Source of the DNA: Cyanobacteria bacterium auto_48_18
GTDB taxonomy: Bacteria; Cyanobacteriota; Vampirovibrionia; Obscuribacterales; Obscuribacteraceae
Assembly (NCBI GenBank): GCA_036170915.1
Contig: JAVHQC010000009.1
Span: 1 to 26,431 of the forward strand
DNA: 26,431 nt
Direction: 5' to 3'
Below the pieces are notes generated by a model. It ran no database searches and had not been told where the DNA came from. It saw nothing but the letters and a program-made list of their open reading frames with translations. A program made the position numbers and the translations under genes. This document shows, piece after piece, positions 17,013 to 24,994 of this stretch. How positions within the stretch are numbered: the first letter of the stretch is position 1; each line of letters starts with the position of its first letter.

Positions 17013-17591
17013 GTGGAAAATGTAGTCGGTACGGTGAAAGCACCGCAATCTTCAATAACTCTTGCCATTGTTTACTCTGTAATTGCTGCAGCGGTTGTTG
17101 GCATTTATGCCGGGATGCTTTTTGCTCCGGCGGGCGTTGAAAAAATTGTCACTCACCATTTAGATTTTTGGTTCTGTGTCGGCCTGGGTTTAGCAGGTTG
17201 GATTTTACGCAGCGTTGGCGGGCACAAGGGTGTGATCGTCACTATGACTGTGCTGGCATCATTCATCATTTTGACTTTGAATCAGCCGATGTTGCTTCGC
17301 TATTTGACCTTTGCCGCTTTGCTATTTTCCATGGGCCTCTATGGCATGGTTCAATCTCGCAATGCTGTTCGCGTATTGCTCTCTATTGAACTAATGCTCA
17401 ACGCCGTCAATATCAACTTGATTGCTTTTTCTCGTTACGTTGATCCGGTCAGTCTAAAGGGCCAGCTCTTTGTCATATTTGTATTGACTGTAGCCGCGGC
17501 CGAAGCGGCTGTTGGTCTGGCTGTTGTGCTGGCAATTTATCGCAGTACCCAGTCGGTTGACATGGATAAATTTACTCTGCTCAAGTGGTAG
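17013..17591 (+). CDS. nuoK: NADH-quinone oxidoreductase subunit K (NdhE) with ~90-aa hydrophobic N-terminal extension
   Basis: C-terminal half SRNAVRVLLSIELMLNAVNINL..GQLFVIFVLTVAAAEAAVGLAVVLAIYR...VDMDKFTLLKW. AGGAG RBS 6 nt before GTG 17013. Confidence 0.93.
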   Translation: MENVVGTVKAPQSSITLAIVYSVIAAAVVGIYAGMLFAPAGVEKIVTHHLDFWFCVGLGLAGWILRSVGGHKGVIVTMTVLASFIILTLNQPMLLRYLTFAALLFSMGLYGMVQSRNAVRVLLSIELMLNAVNINLIAFSRYVDPVSLKGQLFVIFVLTVAAAEAAVGLAVVLAIYRSTQSVDMDKFTLLKW

Positions 17592-18006
17592 TTGCGCCAG
17601 ATAATCGAGCGAAAGCCGGAAAGCGCTCCACGTGGCTTTCTCCATTGCGACCAAAGTAAATAACCTGGCCACCAGATAGCTGAACGAAGTAGCCGACACA
17701 GCCGGCGTCCATTGTCTTGCAAACAAAATCGTTATATGTGTGCTCGTTGCGCTGACTCTGCTGAACAGAGAGAGCCACTAAATCAGCCCGAAATTCTAAA
17801 GCTACTTTTTTGTCTGGATGGGTGACATCAACTACGTGTGAGGTTCCGTCTTCAAGATAGTAGGTGATTTCATGCCTGCTGTAATCGGCGTGATATCTTT
17901 CTACTCCTATATCGTTCAATTTTTGCAGCACTTGAGGAAAGGTCATGGCGCCTGTTAAGGAGCCCTGCGAGCATTCTTCCACGACACTTTTAAGATCCAC
18001 TTTCAC
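17581..18006 (-). CDS. DUF1398 family protein
   Basis: MTFPQVLQKL..IGVERYHADY....TYY..G, Q....TY.DF...MDAGCVGYFVQL.G..V.YFGRNGE.HVE.FP matches the family as I recall it. Confidence 0.75.
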   Translation of the reverse strand: MKVDLKSVVEECSQGSLTGAMTFPQVLQKLNDIGVERYHADYSRHEITYYLEDGTSHVVDVTHPDKKVALEFRADLVALSVQQSQRNEHTYNDFVCKTMDAGCVGYFVQLSGGQVIYFGRNGESHVERFPAFARLSGATTT

Positions 18007-18065
18007 TTTTAAGATTTCGCTTTCAGTTTTGAGATTTCGCTTTCAGTTTTGAGATTTCGCTTTCA
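18001..18065. repeat. 20-bp tandem repeat x3.25 (TTTCAGTTTTGAGATTTCGC)
   Basis: Units at 18001-18020 (2 mismatches), 18021-18040 and 18041-18060, plus TTTCA; no spacers between units. Confidence 0.95.
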
Positions 18066-19505
18066 TTTATGCACAGCCATGCGCAAAAAATTCAAAGCCC
18101 AATTTTGCAATTGATTCCAGTGCAATACATGGCGCATTGAAATCATGCGTCGTTTTTGCTCGTTAGTATCCAAAGCTAGAGCAGTCTTAAAAGCGTTGCA
18201 TATTTCTTGCGGAGACTTAGGGTCTACAAGCAATGCCCCTTGCGAAAGCTCGCGAGCGCAACCGGCCTTTCTCGATAAAATAAGCGCACCTTGCTCATCA
18301 TTGCGGCAGGCGACAAACTCTTTAGCGATGATATTGATGCCATCACTGACGGAATTAATTGAGAGTGCAGAGGCCGCTTGATACCAGGCCGCTAGTTGCA
18401 CATGATCGAGCTTACCTTTTAAATGCTTGATTGGTTGCCAGTCATCGCGCCCAAATTCGGAGTTGATGGCAGCAATTTTTGCGTCTACCTGACGCACATA
18501 GTGAGAGTGTGCACTGTCCTGATGTTTTGCTTCCTGCGATATTTGTACGTAGTGGAAGCGCTTTAAATAAGATGGAGTGGTTTTGAGGAATAATTCCAAA
18601 CCATTTAGTCTTTCTAGCGTGCCTTTGGTGTACTCCATTCGTTCTACGCCAAGAATAAACTGGCTGGCTAGTGAATATTTCTCGGTAATGGCTTCAGACG
18701 ACGGCTGTGAGACCGCAGCTAATTTTTGCCAATAGCTGATGTCCACACCGAGGGGCAACACTACAACCGTTATCAGCCTTCCTTCAAAGCGAACTTGTTT
18801 ATTGTCGAGGTCCACTTCTGCCTGATCAAATAACAAAGCTACAGTTTGCAGAAAATTCTCGGCATACTCTTCAGTATGGAAGCCAATCAGCTTGTTTTGC
18901 AAAAGTGCCTGGGTCAGTTCGCTCCCTATTGGTGATTCGGCCATAATTTTGGCTTGCGGCCAGGGAGCATGCCAGAATTGCGAGAGCACGATACCGGCCT
19001 GGGAAGCCAAAATTGGAGACGCAAGAGCTAGTTGATAGTCATGCAACCAGCAAATGGTGGGAAAGCTTTCGGAGGCCGTAATAATGCATTCCGAAGCCAC
19101 TGACTGGCAAAGCGCCCGGTAAGATTTCCAGGCCTCAGGGTCAAACTGGCTTTTATTGACAAAACCATGCAATAAATCCCACAGGTAGCCGTTAACGACA
19201 TTTTGATGATCGTCAAAAAGCCTTTTAACCGCCTGAGGAGCATAGAAGGTAAAACCACCGCGGCCAGTTTCATATTTTTCGTTCGGCGCAAAATCAGTGG
19301 CTGGCAATTCAGAGAGTGCAAACCAGTTCACCCGCGTGCCCAGCTTTTTCACCAGTGGCTCAAGTGATACAGGCACTCCGCCGGAAGCACCAGGACCAGC
19401 ATATGAAATAACGTTGACTGTTGGCAGGAAGAGTTCGAGGCGTTCGATTTCTTCTTCGGTGACAGCGGGCAGGAGAGTCGGTAAAGCTGCGGAAATCGGG
19501 TTCAT
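18063..19505 (-). CDS. otsA: Trehalose-6-phosphate synthase-like glycosyltransferase (GT20, OtsA family), divergent acceptor site
   Basis: SGG, LW.LLH, WLHDYQL, FWHAPWP, LIGFHT, LGVERMEYTKG, DGINIIAKEF, GALILS and GALLVDP. Confidence 0.8.
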   Translation of the reverse strand: MNPISAALPTLLPAVTEEEIERLELFLPTVNVISYAGPGASGGVPVSLEPLVKKLGTRVNWFALSELPATDFAPNEKYETGRGGFTFYAPQAVKRLFDDHQNVVNGYLWDLLHGFVNKSQFDPEAWKSYRALCQSVASECIITASESFPTICWLHDYQLALASPILASQAGIVLSQFWHAPWPQAKIMAESPIGSELTQALLQNKLIGFHTEEYAENFLQTVALLFDQAEVDLDNKQVRFEGRLITVVVLPLGVDISYWQKLAAVSQPSSEAITEKYSLASQFILGVERMEYTKGTLERLNGLELFLKTTPSYLKRFHYVQISQEAKHQDSAHSHYVRQVDAKIAAINSEFGRDDWQPIKHLKGKLDHVQLAAWYQAASALSINSVSDGINIIAKEFVACRNDEQGALILSRKAGCARELSQGALLVDPKSPQEICNAFKTALALDTNEQKRRMISMRHVLHWNQLQNWALNFLRMAVHK

Positions 19506-19536
19506 GGCTTTCTAAGTCTATTGAGGGGATAAAAGC

Positions 19537-19558
19537 TTGACAGGTTTGAACCTGTCAA
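19537..19558. promoter_or_regulatory. Perfect palindrome TTGACAGGTT-TG-AACCTGTCAA (operator or hairpin)
   Basis: 10-bp arms with a 2-nt spacer, 31 nt upstream of the otsA-like start. Confidence 0.5.
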
Positions 19559-19733
19559 ATGACGCCCTGCAACCGCGAAGAAGTTGCTGAAAAAAAAGAT
19601 TTCAGATGGCAAAACTTGGCGTTAAACCGCCTTAGTAATGTAATAGATATGCAGGAGGATATCAAGCTGCGCTCGAGGGATTTAATAGGAGTTATTGTTA
19701 ATGTCCAGGGCGGAAAATAACGCATTTAATCGG

Positions 19734-20300
19734 TTAGTCAAATAACCCAGGTAGATTGACGATTTCAATACGCCCGGCCTTAATGTCGACAGTGGGCACC
19801 AGAGCTTTTACAAAAGGCACCAGATGTGATTGCTCACCGTTTGTAATTTCGAGCAACTGCGAAGTCTCGCCAAAGACTGCAGATACAGTCCCTAACTCAG
19901 CTCCTTCAACGGTGAAGGCCTGAAGCCCCACCAGGTCGTCAAGCCACCATTCATCTTCGGCAAGGTCATTCAACTGAGCCCGCTCGGTAAAAATAGTAGC
20001 TCCGATTATGGTTTCACCGGCGGTGCGATCGGGATACTCTTTTAGCGAAAGCAATATCAGTTTTTGCTCTGCCTTAAAAGACTTTACGTGAGCTTTTGAT
20101 TTGATACCATCTGCGGTGACAATGAGCACGCTGCGTATGTTGTCTACGAGTTCGATATGGCTTCTCAATTTGAGCTTAAGGTCGCCGCGCAATCCTTTAA
20201 CGCCAGTCACCACACCAACGCCAAAACAAAAAGTGCCTTCACCGGTGGGTGCTAGCTGCTTTTTGATCCCTGGTAAATTGGCCGGCTTTCCTCTTTCCAT
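19734..20300 (-). CDS. rimM: Ribosome maturation factor RimM
   Basis: VG.VTGVKGLRGDLK, DRTAGE...GATI, LAEDEWWLDDLVGL, HLVPFVKALVPTVDIKAGRIEI..LPGLFD. Confidence 0.93.
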   Translation of the reverse strand: MERGKPANLPGIKKQLAPTGEGTFCFGVGVVTGVKGLRGDLKLKLRSHIELVDNIRSVLIVTADGIKSKAHVKSFKAEQKLILLSLKEYPDRTAGETIIGATIFTERAQLNDLAEDEWWLDDLVGLQAFTVEGAELGTVSAVFGETSQLLEITNGEQSHLVPFVKALVPTVDIKAGRIEIVNLPGLFD

Positions 20301-20911
20301 CTTTTAAATAGCCCGTTGTCAAAATTAAACTGGTCAAGTACGCGACCAACCACAAAGTCTATCTGATCGTCGACTGTTTGTGGGTGATGATAAAAACCCG
20401 GCGAGGCGCAGGCGACCACACCACCAGCCTCAGAGACGGTGACCATGTTGCGTAACTGAATTAAACCGAAGGGCATCTCGCGCACAAGAATAAGCAGAGT
20501 GCGTCTTTCTTTTAAGGTCACTGCTGCCGCTCTGTGAATCAAATTTTCGGTTAAGCCTGAAGCAATTGCTCCTAAGGTGCCAAGGCTGCAAGGCACTACT
20601 GCCATGCCTCGGGTTCGGTAAGAGCCGCTGGCAACCGATGCGCCGTAGTCTGTTAGGCTGTGCGTTCTCAATGGCACCGTATTCGGTAGCTTGAGATATT
20701 TAAGCAATTCGTCTTTGAAATTATCAGGGAAGACAAGATTATGCTCTTCCTTAATCACGCGAATGGCCGCTTTTGACATCAATAAATCAACTGGCTGCCC
20801 TGATTCTAGTAGAAATTGCAGCAGCCGCATGCCGTAAATGGCGCCACTGGCTCCAGTTATGGCAACAACGAAGGGCAAGTCAGCTGCTTTTTTGTCTTGA
20901 TCTTGGCCCAT
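20252..20911 (-). CDS. ubiX: Flavin prenyltransferase UbiX
   Basis: VAITGASGAIYG, ASVASGS....GMAVVPCSLGTLGAIASG..ENLIHRAAAVTLKERR.L..VREMP and PGFYHHPQTVDD.IDFVVGRVLD. Confidence 0.95.
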   Translation of the reverse strand: MGQDQDKKAADLPFVVAITGASGAIYGMRLLQFLLESGQPVDLLMSKAAIRVIKEEHNLVFPDNFKDELLKYLKLPNTVPLRTHSLTDYGASVASGSYRTRGMAVVPCSLGTLGAIASGLTENLIHRAAAVTLKERRTLLILVREMPFGLIQLRNMVTVSEAGGVVACASPGFYHHPQTVDDQIDFVVGRVLDQFNFDNGLFKRWKEESRPIYQGSKSS

Positions 20912-20936
20912 TGTGTCCTTTCGTTTGAATGTGGCG

Positions 20937-21911
20937 TTAGAAGTCGCTGCCTGGTGCGCTGCTGCTCTTGCCTGTGGGTGTTTTTGGAGCGGGTCCTTCG
21001 CCTGAAGCCTCTTGCTCTTCAGCAGCGGCCGGGCGTTCTTTAGCGAAGCGTTTCCCGCTGCGCTTCGTTACCGGAGCTGACTCCTCGCTTGATTGTGAGT
21101 CAAAAGACTGCCCACTGGCGGCGGCAAAGGTAATTTTGAGAGGGGCATCGAGCTTAACCGTGATAGGCGAACCGCTATAAATGTACAGGTCTCGATTTTT
21201 CTTCACCAGTGAGCGAATTACTTTTCCGCTTTTTTCGTTATAGCCGCTATCACCTAAGATTGGATCTTTAAGAATGGCATCTTTACCTAACACGGCTAAC
21301 TTGCCCGTGCGGTCACGTTTATTAGATAAAGCTGGATTGACCGCGTCGAAACCTGCTTGCGAACCGATATAGGCCACGCTGGAGCCGCGAGAGGTGAGCC
21401 CGGCGGCTCCGCCGCCTCTTTGGCCGGCCTGAACTTCACCGCTCATTGAAGCTACCAGAGGTAAGGTGACGCCGCTTGGCATTTTCATACTCATTAATTG
21501 CACACGCAGCTTGCCGAGTGGCTTGTATCTTTTTGTACTATCGCGCGGCTGACTTGAAGAAGAAACGGCTTCAACCACTTCGCCAATGATTTCGGTGCCG
21601 CTGGGTATCAATACATCGGTGCCGTTAGCAAGCACAGGTGCACTGATTTGAACGCTAAAGCGGTCGCCTTGTCTCGATGCTGACGAGCCGATGGTGCTCT
21701 GAATTCTCCCCTCAAAATTGGTGCCAATCGGTAGCACTACTGCTTTGCCATGATAGCTGCTCGGCGCGCGAAAATTGTTTTCTTTTTCTACTGCGTCGTC
21801 TTTTGGCTTGAGCTCACCTCGGTAAGCTTGCGCTGGAAGGCTGACCGTCATTGCAGTCAAAGAGGTGGCTGTTAGGAACAGAGCGCAGAATTTGTTCACT
21901 TTACGAAGCAT
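20937..21911 (-). CDS. Hypothetical exported protein with a TrbI/VirB10-like beta-rich domain
   Basis: Signal peptide (..FCALFLTATSLTAMTVSLPAQA|Y); LPIGT.F...I.S.....GDRF......P....V.IPSGTEIIGEV...GKLRV and I.SGSPITVKLDAPL pattern. Start ATG 21911 (AGGA upstream) or GTG 21899 preferred over 21947. Confidence 0.6.
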   Translation of the reverse strand: MLRKVNKFCALFLTATSLTAMTVSLPAQAYRGELKPKDDAVEKENNFRAPSSYHGKAVVLPIGTNFEGRIQSTIGSSASRQGDRFSVQISAPVLANGTDVLIPSGTEIIGEVVEAVSSSSQPRDSTKRYKPLGKLRVQLMSMKMPSGVTLPLVASMSGEVQAGQRGGGAAGLTSRGSSVAYIGSQAGFDAVNPALSNKRDRTGKLAVLGKDAILKDPILGDSGYNEKSGKVIRSLVKKNRDLYIYSGSPITVKLDAPLKITFAAASGQSFDSQSSEESAPVTKRSGKRFAKERPAAAEEQEASGEGPAPKTPTGKSSSAPGSDF

Positions 21912-22194
21912 TTTTACCATCCTGATTATTGCCTTCGACATCAACATCTACCACATTAGAATTAGAGTCTAAATCAGATTCAGATTTAAAGCTGGTTGCC
22001 GTCTGTTTTCTGCCTCTTAAACGCACCATCACCAGTGTCATGGCCAGAGCGATTATCAGGGCAATACCAATCAAGGTAAACATCCGCCCCAGGCTAAAAA
22101 CGTAACTAAACAGCTCGTTAAACATGACGGCAGCTGCTGCCAGCACGATTACCGCACCACCTATAAATTTGAGTTGTTCTTTACTGATTTGCAT
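21901..22194 (-). CDS. Small membrane protein (2 TM)
   Basis: AGGAAGG RBS; two hydrophobic helices, then a basic patch and an acidic/polar tail. Confidence 0.75.
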   Translation of the reverse strand: MQISKEQLKFIGGAVIVLAAAAVMFNELFSYVFSLGRMFTLIGIALIIALAMTLVMVRLRGRKQTATSFKSESDLDSNSNVVDVDVEGNNQDGKNAS

Positions 22195-22242
22195 CGGCCT
22201 TCCTGAGGCAACATCATGCCACCACCAGCAGTGGTAGTGAGC

Positions 22243-22722
22243 TTATTCCTCGTCGTCATAGTCTCGAGGGTGAATGTATTTAGATAAGCGTTGAACCACT
22301 GTCGGCGCAATTACTTTGGTCGCAAGCCACCAGGCGAAGCCGCCGAAGAGTGGCAGCGAGAGAACGCGCAGGGCTAGAGGCAAGACAGAATAAAAACAAC
22401 AAAGAATTACGGCAGCGATACCCATAGTAAAAGCCATACAGAATTTTTCAACGGTCTGTAATTGTTCGGCGCGACCCATACGACTAAATGACTTGCGGAG
22501 AAAGTCAAAGTAGTTGGTCAATACTTTTTTCAGGCCACTTTCGCCCCTCTTCCATGCTTTCGAATCGCGAATATCGTGCGGTTTGCCGGCTGATTTACCA
22601 TCATGCGAAATATCGACACCGTCTTCTTCAGGGGTGGCGTCGAAGACGTCGTCTTTCTTGCGCAAGCCAGATCTGCCCTTTCCGACTTTTGACAATTTTG
22701 AATCTTTTTTACCGACAGCCAT
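22243..22722 (-). CDS. Hypothetical membrane protein (paralog of 22788-23039) with charged N-terminal extension
   Basis: GGAGG RBS; C-terminal MGIAAVILCCFYSVLPLALRVLSLP...FAWWL..KVIAP. Confidence 0.8.
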   Translation of the reverse strand: MAVGKKDSKLSKVGKGRSGLRKKDDVFDATPEEDGVDISHDGKSAGKPHDIRDSKAWKRGESGLKKVLTNYFDFLRKSFSRMGRAEQLQTVEKFCMAFTMGIAAVILCCFYSVLPLALRVLSLPLFGGFAWWLATKVIAPTVVQRLSKYIHPRDYDDEE

Positions 22723-22787
22723 CAGACCTCCAGTCTTTTAATTGTTCTTGAGAGCTATTTTGAGTTTCATCTCAAGGTATCACTCGG

Positions 22788-23039
22788 TTAAAGTTTCCTG
22801 CCGATCTGAGGTGCTATCACCTCTTTGCCCAGCCACCAGGCAAAAATCGCCATTGCTGGAAGAGAGAGCACCCGAACAGGCAATGGCAGAACAGAATAGA
22901 AAGAGCAAAGCAAAATGGCAGCAATGCCTAAGGTAAGAGCAATGGAAAATCTTGCAATTAGTTGCTGTTGCTCCTCTCGGGTGGTCCGATTCCACGAACG
23001 TCGAAGAGATTCTAGGTAGTAGCTAAACCAATCTTTCAA
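22788..23039 (-). CDS. Hypothetical membrane protein (paralog of 22243-22722)
   Basis: GGAG RBS before TTG; LGIAAILLCSFYSVLPLPVRVLSLP...FAWWL..EVIAP. Conserved similarity to its neighbour supports coding status. Confidence 0.78.
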   Translation of the reverse strand: MKDWFSYYLESLRRSWNRTTREEQQQLIARFSIALTLGIAAILLCSFYSVLPLPVRVLSLPAMAIFAWWLGKEVIAPQIGRKL

Positions 23040-23053
23040 TTACTCACTCCAGA

Positions 23054-24994
23054 TTATTCCGGTTCACTTTTCTTGTCAGCACTATCGCTTGTGCCACTAT
23101 CTTTAAGAGCTTCCTTTACTGGTGCGTCTTCAACTGGTGCCTTTTTTACAGGAGCTTCCTTTACAGATTCTTTAACGGGTTCCGGCTCGGGTTCTGGTTC
23201 TTTAGTGACAGTTTCTTTCGGAGGACTGCTCCTGGTAGGACTTTCATTCAGTGGTATCGGAGCGTTTGCTTTTCCTGGTGCTCGTTTTTTCAATTTGACC
23301 AGATTGGTTTCAACTTCTTTGCGCAGCGGATTTGTGTCTTCGGAAGCTTCAAGAAAACATAAAGCATAATTGATAGCTTGACCAGCATCTTGTTTTTCTG
23401 ATTTAGTGAAAAGATTGAATAGACCGTAATACGCGCCCGGATACTGCGGATCGGCTGATAAAGCTTGACGATAATGATCTTGTGCGACTTCAGGAATCTT
23501 CCAGGTGGCATCTCCCAACTTTACCTGGCGAGCTGCTTCATTGCGTTGATTATTGATGCGACTCAAGCCCTGTTCGGCGCGCGTAGATACTTCGCTCAAA
23601 TCTTTAGCATAAAGAAACGCTTTTTCAGCAGCGCGATAATCGCCTTCTTGATAGCACTGATCACCCAGTGACATTACCTCGTAGGGCTCTTCGCGATGCT
23701 TCTCAATAATAGTATTGAACAAACGATTGGCTTCTCTGAAGCGGTTCTGAGTCAAAGCTTTTTCAGCCTCGGAAAGTTGAATTTTCTCCTGCAAATCAGA
23801 GGCGTCGTTTTTGATCATGCGACCTTGAACCGAATGCTCGGTGACCACATTTTGCAGTTTATCCATTAGCTGTGTAAAACCGGCAGGGTAAGTGCCTTCT
23901 TTGCGAAATTTGCGAAAGCCCACGCGAGCAAGGCCCAGCAGAGCTTTTGGATCATCAGCTTTGCTTTCGAGAATGGTTTTGAACTCAGACTCTGCTACTT
24001 CTAATTTATCTTGACGCAAAGCTAACTCTGCTAGTTCGCCGCGCATTTCAAAATCGTTGGGCAAAATATCAAGGGCGTTATGATATTCAGAAATGGCCAT
24101 TTCGCCATCACCGCGGGTGGCATAATATTCTGCTCTGCGTTTGTAGGGGTCAGGGTTTCGCGGATCTTCCGAAATTGATTTTTGCCAGCTGGCTAGAGCT
24201 GACGGCCCGTCGCCTTGTTTTCGATAAATGTCGCCTTCTACAGCGTGCCACTCAGATTGACGGGCACTATCGACGATATTACGCAACTGCAAAAAGGCTT
24301 CTTCGTTTTTGCCTTGATTAGAGAGCACAACTGCTTTTTGAAGGTGAGCTGGGCCATAATCACTTTTCAGTTGCAGCGCTTTATTGACCAGTTCTTCCGC
24401 TTCTTTATCGTGAGGGTTAACATGCAACAAAGCCTGAGCCAGCAAAGATAAATTGACGCAATTTTCAGCCAGTGAAGTAGCTTTGCGCAGTGGGGCAACC
24501 GCGCCTTCCATATCATCTTGAGCCATTTTGACCATGCCTAAAGTCTGGTGGGCGATGACGATATTGGTATTCTCTTTGATTGCTTTCTTACAGAGGTTTT
24601 CGGCCGCTTCTAAATATCTGTCGCGCAAAGCAGGCGACGCCACAGTTTTAGAGTGGATATAGGCAACGTAGCCGGCGGCGGCCATCACGTTTGGATTGTC
24701 CGAAAACTTCTCTTTAGCATTCTTTAGAAGCTTTTCGGCTTCAATCAATTTGGCGGGGGAAGGTTGCTTCGCTAAAGCTACTGCCAGACCCGCGTACGCA
24801 TCACCGCTTTGATCTTCATCGAGCAGCTCGCGATAAGCTTCTTCAGCTTGCTTGAGTTTATTTTGCAAAAGCAAACCGTCGGCATCGGCAAGTGTGTTGG
24901 CAAAAGCAGGGGCGCCATAAAACTGCACCGACAGAGTCAGATAGCCGATTAAAGCACAATTGAAGAAAGAATTATTTTGCTTTCTCCGCGTCAT
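23054..24994 (-). CDS. Exported tetratricopeptide-repeat protein
   Basis: Signal peptide from ATG 24994 (MTRRKQNN..CALIGYLTLSVQFYGAPAFA|N); many TPR-like units (e.g. AHQTLGMV..AQDDMEGAV..LRKA, EGDIYRKQGD...AL...QKSI..DP); Pro/Glu/Lys-rich tail. Confidence 0.85.
   Translation of the reverse strand: MTRRKQNNSFFNCALIGYLTLSVQFYGAPAFANTLADADGLLLQNKLKQAEEAYRELLDEDQSGDAYAGLAVALAKQPSPAKLIEAEKLLKNAKEKFSDNPNVMAAAGYVAYIHSKTVASPALRDRYLEAAENLCKKAIKENTNIVIAHQTLGMVKMAQDDMEGAVAPLRKATSLAENCVNLSLLAQALLHVNPHDKEAEELVNKALQLKSDYGPAHLQKAVVLSNQGKNEEAFLQLRNIVDSARQSEWHAVEGDIYRKQGDGPSALASWQKSISEDPRNPDPYKRRAEYYATRGDGEMAISEYHNALDILPNDFEMRGELAELALRQDKLEVAESEFKTILESKADDPKALLGLARVGFRKFRKEGTYPAGFTQLMDKLQNVVTEHSVQGRMIKNDASDLQEKIQLSEAEKALTQNRFREANRLFNTIIEKHREEPYEVMSLGDQCYQEGDYRAAEKAFLYAKDLSEVSTRAEQGLSRINNQRNEAARQVKLGDATWKIPEVAQDHYRQALSADPQYPGAYYGLFNLFTKSEKQDAGQAINYALCFLEASEDTNPLRKEVETNLVKLKKRAPGKANAPIPLNESPTRSSPPKETVTKEPEPEPEPVKESVKEAPVKKAPVEDAPVKEALKDSGTSDSADKKSEPE

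Noticed and set aside
18001..18065. Possible mini-CRISPR array
   Set aside because: The repeats are contiguous with no unique spacers, and no cas genes are nearby.
20937..21911. Conjugative or type IV secretion element
   Set aside because: Only a loose VirB10/TrbI-like pattern; no VirB4, relaxase, integrase or element boundaries.
22219..22240. Small hairpin CACCACCA-GCAG-TGGTAGTG after the 22243 stop
   Set aside because: Short imperfect stem with no U-tract; not supportable as a terminator.
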